This document shows positions 48,855 through 58,341 of a stretch of 64,000 nucleotides of DNA, piece by piece. The position numbers and the translations under genes were made by a program. The notes beneath the pieces are model-generated. The model made no database searches, was not told the origin of the DNA, and saw only the letters and a program-made list of their open reading frames with translations. This DNA is from a virus. Location of the stretch: positions 1 to 64,000 of the IMG/VR virus record IMGVR_UViG_3300010397_000041; one strand, given 5' to 3'. Each line of letters opens with the position of its first letter. Position 1 is the first letter of the stretch.

Positions 48855-49111
48855 AGCATCCCGAGTAGCGCCGGATACTCCCCGCCGGTCGGTGCAGGTT
48901 CGGTCTCGGCCGGGCCCAGCGCGCGCTCGACCGCGTCGACGAGCCGGCCGAGCTCCCGCACCCGGCTGAGCGTCGGCCGGTCGGTCAGCGCGGTGGCCGC
49001 GACGGTCAGCAGCGCGTCCGCCAGCGGGACGGCCAGCGGGCTGGGGTCCCGCTGCAGTGCGATGCGGGCCTCGTGGACGCGGGCGCCGAGATCGTCAGGA
49101 TCCGCCCGCAT
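48845..49111 (-). CDS. Hypothetical helical protein
   Basis: GAGGAG RBS; high GC3. Confidence 0.55.
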   Translation of the reverse strand: MRADPDDLGARVHEARIALQRDPSPLAVPLADALLTVAATALTDRPTLSRVRELGRLVDAVERALGPAETEPAPTGGEYPALLGMLYG

Positions 49112-49535
49112 CGGCGCTCTCCTCGGACTCGGGGGCGTCGAGGCGCATCTGCTTGTCGCGCGCTGCGATCTCCCAGCGGGAGAAGGCGGTATAAACGTCG
49201 CGCTCGTCCTTCCACCCGTCCGATGGGAAGACCATCGCCGGAATCGACGGGTCCCTGCAGAGCACAGCGGCATAGACCCGGTGCTGGCCGTCTATGCCGA
49301 CCATAGAGCCGCTTTTCCGGACTCCGACGATCACCCGCTTGGACTGACGGTCGGCCTCGGACAGTTTCATCAGCGCAGCGACCTTGTCAGGGTCGAGTGG
49401 GCGCTGGCTGTGGACCCGGTCGAACATGATCAGCTGAGGGTCCAGGTAGACCGGCGACAGCTCGTCGTCGTCGAGGCCCAGGTCGGCGGCGGTGTACGTC
49501 GTCGGGTGGTTGTGTTCGCCGTCCTGGTCAGCCAT
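49095..49535 (-). CDS. ParB/Srx N-terminal-like DGQHR domain protein
   Basis: SQRPLDPDKV...IDGQHRVYAA. Confidence 0.75.
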   Translation of the reverse strand: MADQDGEHNHPTTYTAADLGLDDDELSPVYLDPQLIMFDRVHSQRPLDPDKVAALMKLSEADRQSKRVIVGVRKSGSMVGIDGQHRVYAAVLCRDPSIPAMVFPSDGWKDERDVYTAFSRWEIAARDKQMRLDAPESEESADAGGS

Positions 49536-49908
49536 CGGCGGGCACCGGGTCGCCGAGGAACGTCACCGTGTTGCCGGCCCTGACGGACCGCTGGTCCGCT
49601 TCGGGGATGTCCAGCGGTGGCATGTCCAGCGCAGCGCGCGCCTCGTTGACCGTCATCCGTCCGGTTCCGACCTCGGCCGCGAGTCGGCGGTCCTCGAACT
49701 CGTGCCAGGCACGCCACTGGGCGTCCGACATGGGGACGAGCGAGTAGGCGATCTGGTTCTGATCGTCCGGGTTCGGCAGGGTGACGATCAGGTCGACGGT
49801 GACAGCCGTGCGGTTGGGCCACGCGATAGTGAGAGTCACCTCGCCGGGGGCGACGGCTATCCCGGTTGGCCGAACCGGCGAGACGCTGATCTCAGGCAGG
49901 TCAGACAC
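49528..49908 (-). CDS. Small protein with portal C-terminal (crown)-like segment
   Basis: GGAGG RBS; TVNEARAALDMPPLDIPEAD. Confidence 0.7.
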   Translation of the reverse strand: MSDLPEISVSPVRPTGIAVAPGEVTLTIAWPNRTAVTVDLIVTLPNPDDQNQIAYSLVPMSDAQWRAWHEFEDRRLAAEVGTGRMTVNEARAALDMPPLDIPEADQRSVRAGNTVTFLGDPVPADG

Positions 49909-50242
49909 GGGGACCTCCGAAGCCGGGGCCGTTGCGCAGCCTCTGCCGTTGGATCTCTTGCCACAGCCGCTGGCCGTCGATGTGAACCGGTGTGCCGTCG
50001 GGGAGGGAACCGATCGGGGCGCGCCGCTGGATCGCGTCGACCTTGGCGTGCAGCGCGGCGAGGGCCTGCTCGTGGGCGTCGTGGCGAGCGTGCAGCTCGT
50101 CGCGATGCCGGGCGAGGTGTACACGCATCCGCCAGACGGCGAGGGCGCCGGCGGGGGCCGCCCAGATCGCCGAGGCGATCAGGTTCGACCAGATGCCGCC
50201 AGCCGGCCACGCGAAGAACACGTCGAGAAGATGCACAGGCAT
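49901..50242 (-). CDS. Membrane protein with tape-measure C-terminus-like motif
   Basis: GAGGAG RBS; N-terminal TM; VHIDGQRLWQEIQRQRLRN. Confidence 0.65.
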   Translation of the reverse strand: MPVHLLDVFFAWPAGGIWSNLIASAIWAAPAGALAVWRMRVHLARHRDELHARHDAHEQALAALHAKVDAIQRRAPIGSLPDGTPVHIDGQRLWQEIQRQRLRNGPGFGGPRV

Positions 50243-50252
50243 CTCCTCACGG

Positions 50253-50528
50253 TCAGAACCTGGCGCCAGGCGGGGCGTCGCTCTCAAGGTCGAACACGGG
50301 TGGGGATCCGGTCGGGGTCATGCCCTTGCTGGCCAGCCAGAGGAACACGGTCGGCTCGTCGTCGAGGGCGAGCGGAACGCGCGGCCCGGTGGCGGTATAT
50401 CGGACGAGGACGCCGCGGGCAGCTTCACGGCGAGCGCGGATGGTGACGGGCTCCGGCCAGTCGACAGGGCCGCCGTCCCAGCGCAGCGTGCGATGCCGCC
50501 CGTACAACTCCCCCGCCATCTCCCACAT
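50253..50528 (-). CDS. Small protein downstream of MuF peptidase (possible immunity/partner)
   Basis: 4 bp after MuF stop. Confidence 0.55.
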   Translation of the reverse strand: MWEMAGELYGRHRTLRWDGGPVDWPEPVTIRARREAARGVLVRYTATGPRVPLALDDEPTVFLWLASKGMTPTGSPPVFDLESDAPPGARF

Positions 50529-50532
50529 GCCT

Positions 50533-52344
50533 TTACAATACCGCCCAAAGGCCGAGAATGAAATACAGATAATCCTCGTCCTGCGCGAGCATCATCGGGT
50601 CATCTGATGATCCGATAAGCATTTCCGAGCCCATCGACGCGACTTCCCAACCGTCCGAGGGCGAGTCGCTGTAAACCCTGCCGATGTAGGGGTCTTTGAA
50701 CTCGTCGGGGCGGGACATTTCGTCCGCGTCGTAGGGTTCAGGTGACAGCGCCCGCATGGACCTTTTACGGCCCAACCGGGTCCACGTTCGGACACCATCG
50801 ACGAGGTGGCTGTTCCGGTCGGCCCAGAACACCCATTGGGCGCCGACGATACCTGGCACGGCCCACTCCATCATGTGGGCCAGCTCGTGAACCGCGATCA
50901 CGTCGCTGTCCATCATCGCAACGACGATCTTAGGGGTTTTCCCTTTCGCGCCAGCCGAGAAGTAGGCCCGGCCGCGCTGCTTCATTGCCGCGCGGAGCGG
51001 TGCCTTGTCGGAGGCGCGCCGCACCCAGTCTGACGGAAAATGGCGCAGCATCCGGGAGATCCGTCGCTGTGCCGCTTCGGCCGACGACTCGGTGAAGGCG
51101 ATCTGGCCGCCCATGGGCCGCAGGTCACCGAGGACTTGAAGCCGGACGTCGGCCAGACGGCCGGAGATCTGGTCACGGCGCTGCTCGGCGGCTTGCAGGT
51201 CGTCCAACGCCCGCTCGTATCGCTGGCGCAGGTCGTCGACGTGCGCCTGATCGGGCGTCGCCTCAGCGGCGGCCTGCTCGAGCTGGTCGCCGAGACGTTC
51301 GGCGTCGGCTTCCAGTGCCGCGATCCGCTGGGCCAGCGCTTCCTGTTCGGCGAGCTGCACCGCCAGTCTCTGCCGCGCTTCCTGTTCGATCTGCTTTCCG
51401 ACGTCGCGCAGGACGTTGACCTTCGCGATCGACGCTTGGTCGGGTAGCCCCTGGGTGTCGGCGTCGTACACCGGTTTGCCGTCTTGGAGGATCGTGCCGA
51501 TCCGCTCCGGGTCGCCGATCTCGCTTCGGGCGTTGTTCACAGCGTCCTGGAGCCGCCCTGTCGACCTGTGGGGGGTCGGCGACGCGGCTGGGCGGGGGCT
51601 GTCGACGGCGTCGGGTGGCATGCTGGCATGCCGCGGCGTCGGCTCGTCCGCCAGGCCCGTCTCGTCGTCGGCCGTCTCGTCGTCGGACTCTGCGCCGGCG
51701 TCGTCCTCGGCGATGTCGTCGTCTTCGAGATCGTCGGCGGCGTCCAACTCGCCGCCGGCTTCGCCGTCCAGGCCGAAGTCGGACAGGCTGTAGCCCATCG
51801 AGGTCAGATCCGCCGGGGTCAGGTAATCCGCCGTTACTGCGCACCGGCATTTCGGATGGGTCGGCGGCCAGCCATTAGGTGGTTCATCGTTCACGGGGAT
51901 CGGCCCGGCGTCCTCGTTCTCCTGGCAAAGAGCACACACGCGAAGATCGTTGGAGCTGAGCACCGAGGCGGCGGGGAATCCTGCATCCCGGTAGGACGCG
52001 AGACTGGCCGCCGTCATCGCCCGGGCCATCTCAGTGGTGGCAACCATCTCCGCCCACGCCGGGTCGTCCAAAACTCCTTGCAGCGTGCGGGCAAGCTCGT
52101 CAGACGAAGCGCCGCGGGCAACAGCGTCCGACACAGCGCCTGACAGCTTGTCGAGCCGGTTGTCTTCGATCGAGGCGAGCAGGCTCCCGCGTTGCGCGGC
52201 CCGGTCGGACCAGGAGGCGTCGCGGCCTACGGCCTGGGCGATGAGCTGGTCCTGCTGGCGGGCGAGACGTGCGGCTGGCTCGTGGCCCGGCGTCCAGCTG
52301 TCCCAGTCGATCGAGGACTCGACGATGGGCGCGGCCACGGTCAC
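50533..52344 (-). CDS. MuF-like head morphogenesis protein with C-terminal HExxH metallopeptidase
   Basis: ATTEMARA; VCALCQEN; PPTHPKCRC; HELAH...YIGRVY...EVASMGSE. Confidence 0.85.
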   Translation of the reverse strand: MTVAAPIVESSIDWDSWTPGHEPAARLARQQDQLIAQAVGRDASWSDRAAQRGSLLASIEDNRLDKLSGAVSDAVARGASSDELARTLQGVLDDPAWAEMVATTEMARAMTAASLASYRDAGFPAASVLSSNDLRVCALCQENEDAGPIPVNDEPPNGWPPTHPKCRCAVTADYLTPADLTSMGYSLSDFGLDGEAGGELDAADDLEDDDIAEDDAGAESDDETADDETGLADEPTPRHASMPPDAVDSPRPAASPTPHRSTGRLQDAVNNARSEIGDPERIGTILQDGKPVYDADTQGLPDQASIAKVNVLRDVGKQIEQEARQRLAVQLAEQEALAQRIAALEADAERLGDQLEQAAAEATPDQAHVDDLRQRYERALDDLQAAEQRRDQISGRLADVRLQVLGDLRPMGGQIAFTESSAEAAQRRISRMLRHFPSDWVRRASDKAPLRAAMKQRGRAYFSAGAKGKTPKIVVAMMDSDVIAVHELAHMMEWAVPGIVGAQWVFWADRNSHLVDGVRTWTRLGRKRSMRALSPEPYDADEMSRPDEFKDPYIGRVYSDSPSDGWEVASMGSEMLIGSSDDPMMLAQDEDYLYFILGLWAVL

Positions 52345-52599
52345 CTACCCGGGCAGCAGCTCGCGGGACGACACCCGCACCTCGCCGGTGCTGTGGTCCT
52401 TCTCCAGCCAGACGCCGACCTTGCGGCCCTCAAAGTCGGCCGGAGCATCGTCGTCCTCGACGACCGTCGTTCTGCTGGCATGGCCGCCATCGGCCGGGCC
52501 GTGCCAGCGCGGGCCGGCTTCGATGAAGCGGAAGCCGGCGGGGAGTTGCAGGTCCTGGTCGAGGATCACTTCGGCTACGTCGACGAGGTACCGGGTCAC
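52345..52599 (-). CDS. Hypothetical protein
   Basis: GAGGTG RBS; abuts MuF start. Confidence 0.6.
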   Translation of the reverse strand: MTRYLVDVAEVILDQDLQLPAGFRFIEAGPRWHGPADGGHASRTTVVEDDDAPADFEGRKVGVWLEKDHSTGEVRVSSRELLPG

Positions 52600-52659
52600 A
52601 GGTCACCTCAGTGGTGCGTGCTGGCGCCGGGACCGCCTCAAGGACCGGCGCCAGCACGG

Positions 52660-52926
52660 TCAGTCGGCCGGCGGCGTCCACCCCAGTTGGATCAGCGCTT
52701 CACGGGTCGTATCGGGGAGGACCACCCGGGCCTCGTCGACCTGGACGTCGACCGCGCCGAGCAGGACCAGATCGACCGTCAGCGTGGGCAGCTGCTGCGG
52801 GTCTGGAGCCGCCAGGGTGAAACCGACAGCCGCATCGGCGAGGTCGATGTCGTCGTCGACAACCAGCCGGCCGCCGGGTTTGCCCGGTCCGGGCAGGTGG
52901 ATGCGGGCGCGATGCTGGTTGGCCAC
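52660..52926 (-). CDS. Hypothetical phage protein
   Basis: AGGAGG RBS; LIQLGWTPP end. Confidence 0.65.
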   Translation of the reverse strand: MANQHRARIHLPGPGKPGGRLVVDDDIDLADAAVGFTLAAPDPQQLPTLTVDLVLLGAVDVQVDEARVVLPDTTREALIQLGWTPPAD

Positions 52927-52936
52927 GGCCGCCTCC

Positions 52937-53470
52937 TTAGAAGATGCTGCGGCCGCCGCGTGGCGCGCCGGGCGCTTCTCTCATCAGCTGGTCGAGGCCG
53001 CGTCGCTCCCGGTGCCGTTTCCGGTGCTGCCGATCGTCCTGGCCGCCCGGCGTCGCTGCCTTGACCGCCGGTGCCGGCTGGTGGTGCAGCCTCGGCGGAT
53101 CGAGCGGCACAGGCTTCGGCGCGGCTTTGGCCTGCGCTCGCCGCACTGCGTCGTCGGCCGCCAGTTCCCCGGCCGCCCAGCCGGCCCGGTAGCAGTCCCT
53201 CAGAGCCGGGCCCAACGCGCCTTTGCGGGCGTGTTGGTCGAGGATCAGCCGGATCTCGTGCCGCAGGATCTGCGGGTCGGTGGTCGTCCCGCCGGGCCAG
53301 CGGGCCGCGAGGACGCGGGCGACGGCTTCCGGGTCAATAAGTCGGCTGGCAGCCTGGGATACCCGCTCGGCGTAGCGCGGGTTCAGCGCGTCGTGCGCCT
53401 GGAAGCCGATCCACTGCGCCCGCTCCCTGGTCAGGTCGCGGGCTTGCGGCTCGCCCCCCGCCACCACCAC
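52937..53470 (-). CDS. MuF N-terminal-like segment overlapping the portal end (possible frameshift fusion)
   Basis: LGPALRDCYRAGWAAGELAA; 137-nt overlap with portal across a G6 run. Confidence 0.55.
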   Translation of the reverse strand: MVVAGGEPQARDLTRERAQWIGFQAHDALNPRYAERVSQAASRLIDPEAVARVLAARWPGGTTTDPQILRHEIRLILDQHARKGALGPALRDCYRAGWAAGELAADDAVRRAQAKAAPKPVPLDPPRLHHQPAPAVKAATPGGQDDRQHRKRHRERRGLDQLMREAPGAPRGGRSIF

Positions 53471-55643
53471 CAGCCTTCGCCAGCTCGGCTACGGCCGCTT
53501 TGGCTCTCAGGGCGGCGAGCCCCGGCTGGTTGTCCTGCACCATGACGTTCAGTTCGCGGGCCAGCTGCTCCGGCACTGCAGTGAACGTGAACGCGCGGGA
53601 CCTGCCACCCGACTTCTCCAACCGGGTTGCGTAGCGGGCGAACGCACCCAGCTCGGCCGCGACCGCCTTCGCCTCGTCCTTCGGACGGTGCGGAAAGCCA
53701 TCCTCGGCCAGCCCGTAGGCCAGACAGCCCGGCTCGCCGTCCGTGGGGACGAACCGGTGCTGGATGTCCTGGGCGTCGCCGGCGGTGCCGTCGATGCCCT
53801 GCGCCTGGCGGGCCGCCTCGCCAGCCTCCTGGAAGGCCTGCGTGGTGGCGGTCTTGGCTACGGCCGTCTTCTGGCCCGAGCCGTCCGAGGCGGACGCCGG
53901 CTTGGGCGGCGCAGCTTCCTCGCCGGCGTCGGAATCGTCGCCGGAGTCGTCGTCGGATTCTTCGGACTCGTCGGCCTGCTTCCCGCGGGCCGGTCGCTGC
54001 GCGGGCGCGGCTTGGAAACCCGCGACGGCGGCCTGCGAGCCGGCCCTCGCCGCGGCCCCCTGCGCCTCCTGGATCGCCTTCTGGCCGTCGAGGAACAGGA
54101 CGCCGCGGCCGTAGGCGACGAACGGCTCGTCGGCTTCTTCGATCGGCAGCGGCGGCAGGCCCATCTCGTCGCGGGCCTCGTTCAGCGTCCGCCGGCCGCC
54201 TTTGACCTGCGTGTCCAGCACCGCATCGGCCGATGCCTGGTCTTCTTCCTCGAGGCCGAGGAATTTGAACTCGACGGCGGGGTGGACACCGAGGTAGCGG
54301 TGGTTGATGTCGTTGAAGATCGCGGCGAGCCATTTGCACCACGGGTGGATCAGCTTGCGGTACTGGATGTTCTCCTGGCCCTCGTGGTAGCTGCTGCCCC
54401 CCAGGCCGCCGGACTCGATGAAGCCGATCTCCGCCGGGGTGACACCGAACGCGGCGGCGATCAGCTTGACCAGGAACAGGTCGTACTCGGGCTTGTACTT
54501 CTGCGCGTTGTCCGTGAAGGTTGCCAGCTTGCCGCCGGGCAGGCCGATCTGGATCCGCTGCCGTTCGGAAAGGTTCCCCGACAGCGTGTTGTTGATCTCG
54601 GCGCGCCAGCGGCGGACCTCGGCCGGGGTCATACCCTTCGCCGACTCAGGGACCTCGAGGAACGCCATCGGCAGCGACGAGGCGTCGAACTCCTGGGTCA
54701 GCCAGTCGGCGCGTTTCAACCACAGGTTGATCTCGATCAAGGCTTTTTCGACGGGGCTGATGCCGTAGGGCGAGATGGTACGGACCTCGCGGCGGCAGTA
54801 AATCAGCTCGTCGGCGGTCAGCCCGCCGTCGATCGTGCCGTCCTTCCCGATCGCCGCGGTGAACTCGCCACGAGGGAAGCCGTACATGATCTGCTGGAAC
54901 GCGGGATCGGGCGGCAACGGCCGCCGGCCGCGGTTGTCCAGAAGCGGCTTCACGAACTCGCCTGCGATGATCTCGCAGGCCAGGTCGTTGCCGTACGACC
55001 AGCGCGGATTGATCGCCAGCGCGTCGAGGACCAACGACTCTTCGAGCGCCATCCCGAGCCAGTCGACGAAGTTGTAGCCGCCGAACCGGTCGGGCCGCTT
55101 CCAGAACGCACGCGCCTTCGCGATGTCCGGTGCGAGCTTCTCCCGCAGCGCCGACTTCGCCTGGACCTTGCGGATCCCGTCGAGTTCCATCGCGGTGGTG
55201 ACGGCATCCTCGGACACGGTGGTCGCCCAGTCGAGCCCGCAGATCTCCGATTTGATCAGGGAGATGCAGTAGCGGACGATCCCGACGTCGGCTGCCTTCC
55301 GCAGCGTCTCGAACGGCACATGCCGCCGTTCACCGCCGGGGACGTTCCAGCCGACCGGATATTCCCAAACCCTGGGGTCCGTGCGGCCGTCGGGGCGAAG
55401 CGGGTCGATCGCGTACGGCCCGGGCGGGGTGAGCGGGCCGAACGGAGCCGTGTAAGGAAGTTCGCGGGGCAGCGGCTCGTAGGCGCCGATCGCCACACCC
55501 GACTGCACCGCGCCCGCCGCGGCCGCGGCCGCCTGCGCGGACATGTCCCGGGTCTGACCGCCGGCGGCACGGGCCGCCGCCGCGTACGACGCCTTGTCGA
55601 GCTGGCGGCGCTTACGGTTGCGGGCACGGCTGCGAGACGACAC
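53334..55643 (-). CDS. Portal protein
   Basis: PFETLR; ESLVLDA; YGISPVE; AAFGVTPAEIG; TLNEARDEMGLPP. Confidence 0.92.
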   Translation of the reverse strand: MSSRSRARNRKRRQLDKASYAAAARAAGGQTRDMSAQAAAAAAGAVQSGVAIGAYEPLPRELPYTAPFGPLTPPGPYAIDPLRPDGRTDPRVWEYPVGWNVPGGERRHVPFETLRKAADVGIVRYCISLIKSEICGLDWATTVSEDAVTTAMELDGIRKVQAKSALREKLAPDIAKARAFWKRPDRFGGYNFVDWLGMALEESLVLDALAINPRWSYGNDLACEIIAGEFVKPLLDNRGRRPLPPDPAFQQIMYGFPRGEFTAAIGKDGTIDGGLTADELIYCRREVRTISPYGISPVEKALIEINLWLKRADWLTQEFDASSLPMAFLEVPESAKGMTPAEVRRWRAEINNTLSGNLSERQRIQIGLPGGKLATFTDNAQKYKPEYDLFLVKLIAAAFGVTPAEIGFIESGGLGGSSYHEGQENIQYRKLIHPWCKWLAAIFNDINHRYLGVHPAVEFKFLGLEEEDQASADAVLDTQVKGGRRTLNEARDEMGLPPLPIEEADEPFVAYGRGVLFLDGQKAIQEAQGAAARAGSQAAVAGFQAAPAQRPARGKQADESEESDDDSGDDSDAGEEAAPPKPASASDGSGQKTAVAKTATTQAFQEAGEAARQAQGIDGTAGDAQDIQHRFVPTDGEPGCLAYGLAEDGFPHRPKDEAKAVAAELGAFARYATRLEKSGGRSRAFTFTAVPEQLARELNVMVQDNQPGLAALRAKAAVAELAKAGGGGGGRAASPRPDQGAGAVDRLPGARRAEPALRRAGIPGCQPTY

Positions 55644-55665
55644 GGGGCCACCTCGCGCGCCTTGG

Positions 55666-55863
55666 TTAGTCGTGCCGCGGACAGCCGCCCATGACCACCA
55701 GGCCGTAGGTCGGATGCCAGTGGCAGCCGCATCCCAGGCCGCGGCGAAGCCACACGTGGGCGATGAACAGGAAGCGCCGCGGGCCGGGCCTGTACCCGGC
55801 CTCACGCCAGAGGGGACGCATGAACCGGACGTAGCCGATCAAAGTCACAGGGTCCGCCTCCAA
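55666..55863 (-). CDS. Small Cys/His-containing protein
   Basis: CGCHWH...GCPRHD; lies between terminase and portal. Confidence 0.45.
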   Translation of the reverse strand: MEADPVTLIGYVRFMRPLWREAGYRPGPRRFLFIAHVWLRRGLGCGCHWHPTYGLVVMGGCPRHD

Positions 55864-57479
55864 CCCTGCGCGGATTCGCCCCCGCCGAACCAGGCCGACA
55901 TGTCGACCGCCGCAGGCTCCCGCGCTTCGGGCGGCGGCTGCTGGTGCGCGTTGGCGTCGGATTCGGCGATCAGCTGGTCCATGAAGCTGGCGAAATCACC
56001 CCGCAGATCCACGAAGGCGAGGATGAGCGCGTCGGCGTTGTCGGGCGACCGGCCGAGCCGCTCCCGTTGATCGTCCTTCGGCTCGACCTGGATCTGCCCG
56101 CGGCTGTTCGGATGCCACTTCGCGGTCAGCAGCTGATTGCAGGCGTCGTCAGGATTCTCCGCGCCCGACTGCCACACACCGTCAGCGTTGTAGACGGCCG
56201 GGGAGAGGTCCCACGCCTGCTGCTCGGACTGGAGCCGGCCAACCTCCCACCAGATCTCCGACCGCAGGTTCGCGAACCGCTTCGAGTCGGTTGCCTGCTG
56301 GCCGACGTTCACCCCGGTCACCGTCGCCGTGTGGGTGCCGTCGCCGCGGAGCTCCTTCAGCCGGTCGGCTACGCCGGCGCCGATACCGATGCTGTCGACG
56401 TTGACGGCCGTCGCCCCGGTGATCTCAATCGCTTTGAGGACCAGGCGGACGACGGACATGGTGTCGTCGTCGCGGTCCCGCCACTCCCGGCCGACCATCC
56501 GGCCGCGCCGCTCCCGGATCACAGTCTCATCGCCGCCGCCACCGACGTCGACACCGAGGACAACCGGGGTGAGCTCGTCCGGGGTGTACTCGCGGTCGGT
56601 GGGCTGCCGGCACTTCGCCAGGTCAGAGGAGCGCACGACCTGATCGGAGGCGTCCAGCGGGAACTCGCCGAGAACCTTCTCGAACCAGAGCGGAGAGCCC
56701 TCACCCCAGTCGGCGCGCTTCTCCTCCACCCACGTCTTCGAGACCAGCGCGCGGCGCAGCAGATCCGGGACCCGTTCGCCGGTCAGGTTCGGCGTGTCGA
56801 ACGCGGAGATGGTGATGACGTGCCAGCCCGAACCGGGACGGCAGACCTGCGCGAATTCGCTGGAAGGGTCGGCAGGGTTGCCGATCGCCAACAGGGCGCA
56901 GCCCTCGTTGGTCATGAGCGCGTCGGCGGCGGTCCACAGCCAGCCGGGGATCCCGCTCGCCTCGTCCAACGCAACCAGAACGCCGTCGGGGGCGTGGATG
57001 CCCTGAAAGGCGGTGCGGCCCTGCTCCGTGTCGGGCGGTTTCCGGCCGAAGCCGATCAGCTCTTTGCCGAGCTTCCACTCCGTGGTGAGCACCCGGCCGG
57101 GTAGGGGCGTGCCACGTTCCGCGGCGACCGCCGCGGCCTGGCCGATGTAGCGCCACAGGATCGCCTGGACCTGGGCAGCCGACGGCGCGGTCGTGACCGC
57201 GAACGCCTGACCGGGAGTCCGGGTCGCAAGCCAGTGGGCCACGACCCGAGAGGCAGTGTGGGACTTTCCGCAGCCGTGTGCCGACTTGACCGCGACCTTA
57301 CGGTGCCTGGTCAGCGCGGTGACGATCTCAACCTGCTTGGACCACAGATGCTCGCCGAGCACGTCCGACACCCACAGCGCGGGGTCGGTGCGGTACTGCT
57401 GCTGGCGGGCCTCGCTGTCGAGCCGGTCGAGAGCGGCGAGCAGGTTGGATGACAGCCGGTCGGGCAGCGCTACCACCAT
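55845..57479 (-). CDS. terL: Terminase large subunit
   Basis: SAHGCGKS Walker A; VALDEASG Walker B; IGNP; LGVDVGGGGD; NVDSIGIG; SPDNADA. Confidence 0.95.
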   Translation of the reverse strand: MVVALPDRLSSNLLAALDRLDSEARQQQYRTDPALWVSDVLGEHLWSKQVEIVTALTRHRKVAVKSAHGCGKSHTASRVVAHWLATRTPGQAFAVTTAPSAAQVQAILWRYIGQAAAVAAERGTPLPGRVLTTEWKLGKELIGFGRKPPDTEQGRTAFQGIHAPDGVLVALDEASGIPGWLWTAADALMTNEGCALLAIGNPADPSSEFAQVCRPGSGWHVITISAFDTPNLTGERVPDLLRRALVSKTWVEEKRADWGEGSPLWFEKVLGEFPLDASDQVVRSSDLAKCRQPTDREYTPDELTPVVLGVDVGGGGDETVIRERRGRMVGREWRDRDDDTMSVVRLVLKAIEITGATAVNVDSIGIGAGVADRLKELRGDGTHTATVTGVNVGQQATDSKRFANLRSEIWWEVGRLQSEQQAWDLSPAVYNADGVWQSGAENPDDACNQLLTAKWHPNSRGQIQVEPKDDQRERLGRSPDNADALILAFVDLRGDFASFMDQLIAESDANAHQQPPPEAREPAAVDMSAWFGGGESAQGWRRTL

Positions 57480-57545
57480 CGGTCACGCTCCGTCGACCAC
57501 AACCGCCATCCGTGATCTTAATCCAGGGGTTATGGCTACGAAGCG

Positions 57546-58121
57546 TCACGCCGCTGTGAGATGCCGGCGCGCGGACTCGATGAACGCCTGCCGCTGCTCC
57601 GGCGACATGCCGATCTGCGGGTCGTTGAGCACGGCACGCAGGAAATCCTCGAGGAGGCTCGTTTCCCGCTCGGCCATCTGGACTCGCCGTTCCTCGATGC
57701 CGGCGGCGAGCGCCAGCCGGGCGAAGTTCGCCGCCCGGTCGCGCTCCTCGGACTCCAGCTGCGCGAGGCCGCGGATGTACTCGCCCTGCGCGCCACCCTC
57801 GCCGAACGCGACACCGACGGTCGCCTTCTCCAGTCCCAGCTCTTCGACCTTCTCCTGCAGCTCGGCGGCGTAGACGTTGGCGCGGCGTGCGGCCTGGGAC
57901 AGCAGACGCAGGAGCGTCTCCCCGGGGTCGACTTTTTCGTCGGTGATACCCCAGTCGGCGAGTTCGGCGCGGACAGCGGCTTTGTTGGCGACTTGCGGCG
58001 CTGCGGCGCCGTGTTTCCAGCAGACGGTGGCACCTTTGACGGCCCACTGGGTGCAGCGCTTCTTCGTGGATTTCGCGATCGCAATGCATTTGCGTCGTTG
58101 CACTGCCATGGGGTTGTCCAA
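57546..58121 (-). CDS. terS: Terminase small subunit (HGGxSTG-like Zn finger + helical domain)
   Basis: C...RC...VCWKHGAAAPQV; AGIEERRV; directly upstream of terL. Confidence 0.75.
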   Translation of the reverse strand: MDNPMAVQRRKCIAIAKSTKKRCTQWAVKGATVCWKHGAAAPQVANKAAVRAELADWGITDEKVDPGETLLRLLSQAARRANVYAAELQEKVEELGLEKATVGVAFGEGGAQGEYIRGLAQLESEERDRAANFARLALAAGIEERRVQMAERETSLLEDFLRAVLNDPQIGMSPEQRQAFIESARRHLTAA

Positions 58122-58179
58122 CGTTCTGTGGGTCGGTCGGTCGGCTGGCTGCCGGGAGAGGTCGAAGTTCCCGGCGGTG

Positions 58180-58341
58180 CTACTGGCAGGCGGCGCGGTG
58201 GGCGTCGATCTGTCGGCGTACCGCGGCCGTGTCGAGCTCGGCCGACAGTGCCACTTGCGTGCCGCGCGGCGGGCCCCAGGTCACTGGGATGTTCACAGTG
58301 ACGGTGTGGCCGCAGTCGAGATGCAGGTCGAGGTCGAGCAC
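58180..58341 (-). CDS. 53-aa hypothetical protein (below ORF-track cutoff)
   Basis: MLDLDLHLDCGHTVTVNIP...IDAHRAACQ; high GC3. Confidence 0.4.
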   Translation of the reverse strand: MLDLDLHLDCGHTVTVNIPVTWGPPRGTQVALSAELDTAAVRRQIDAHRAACQ

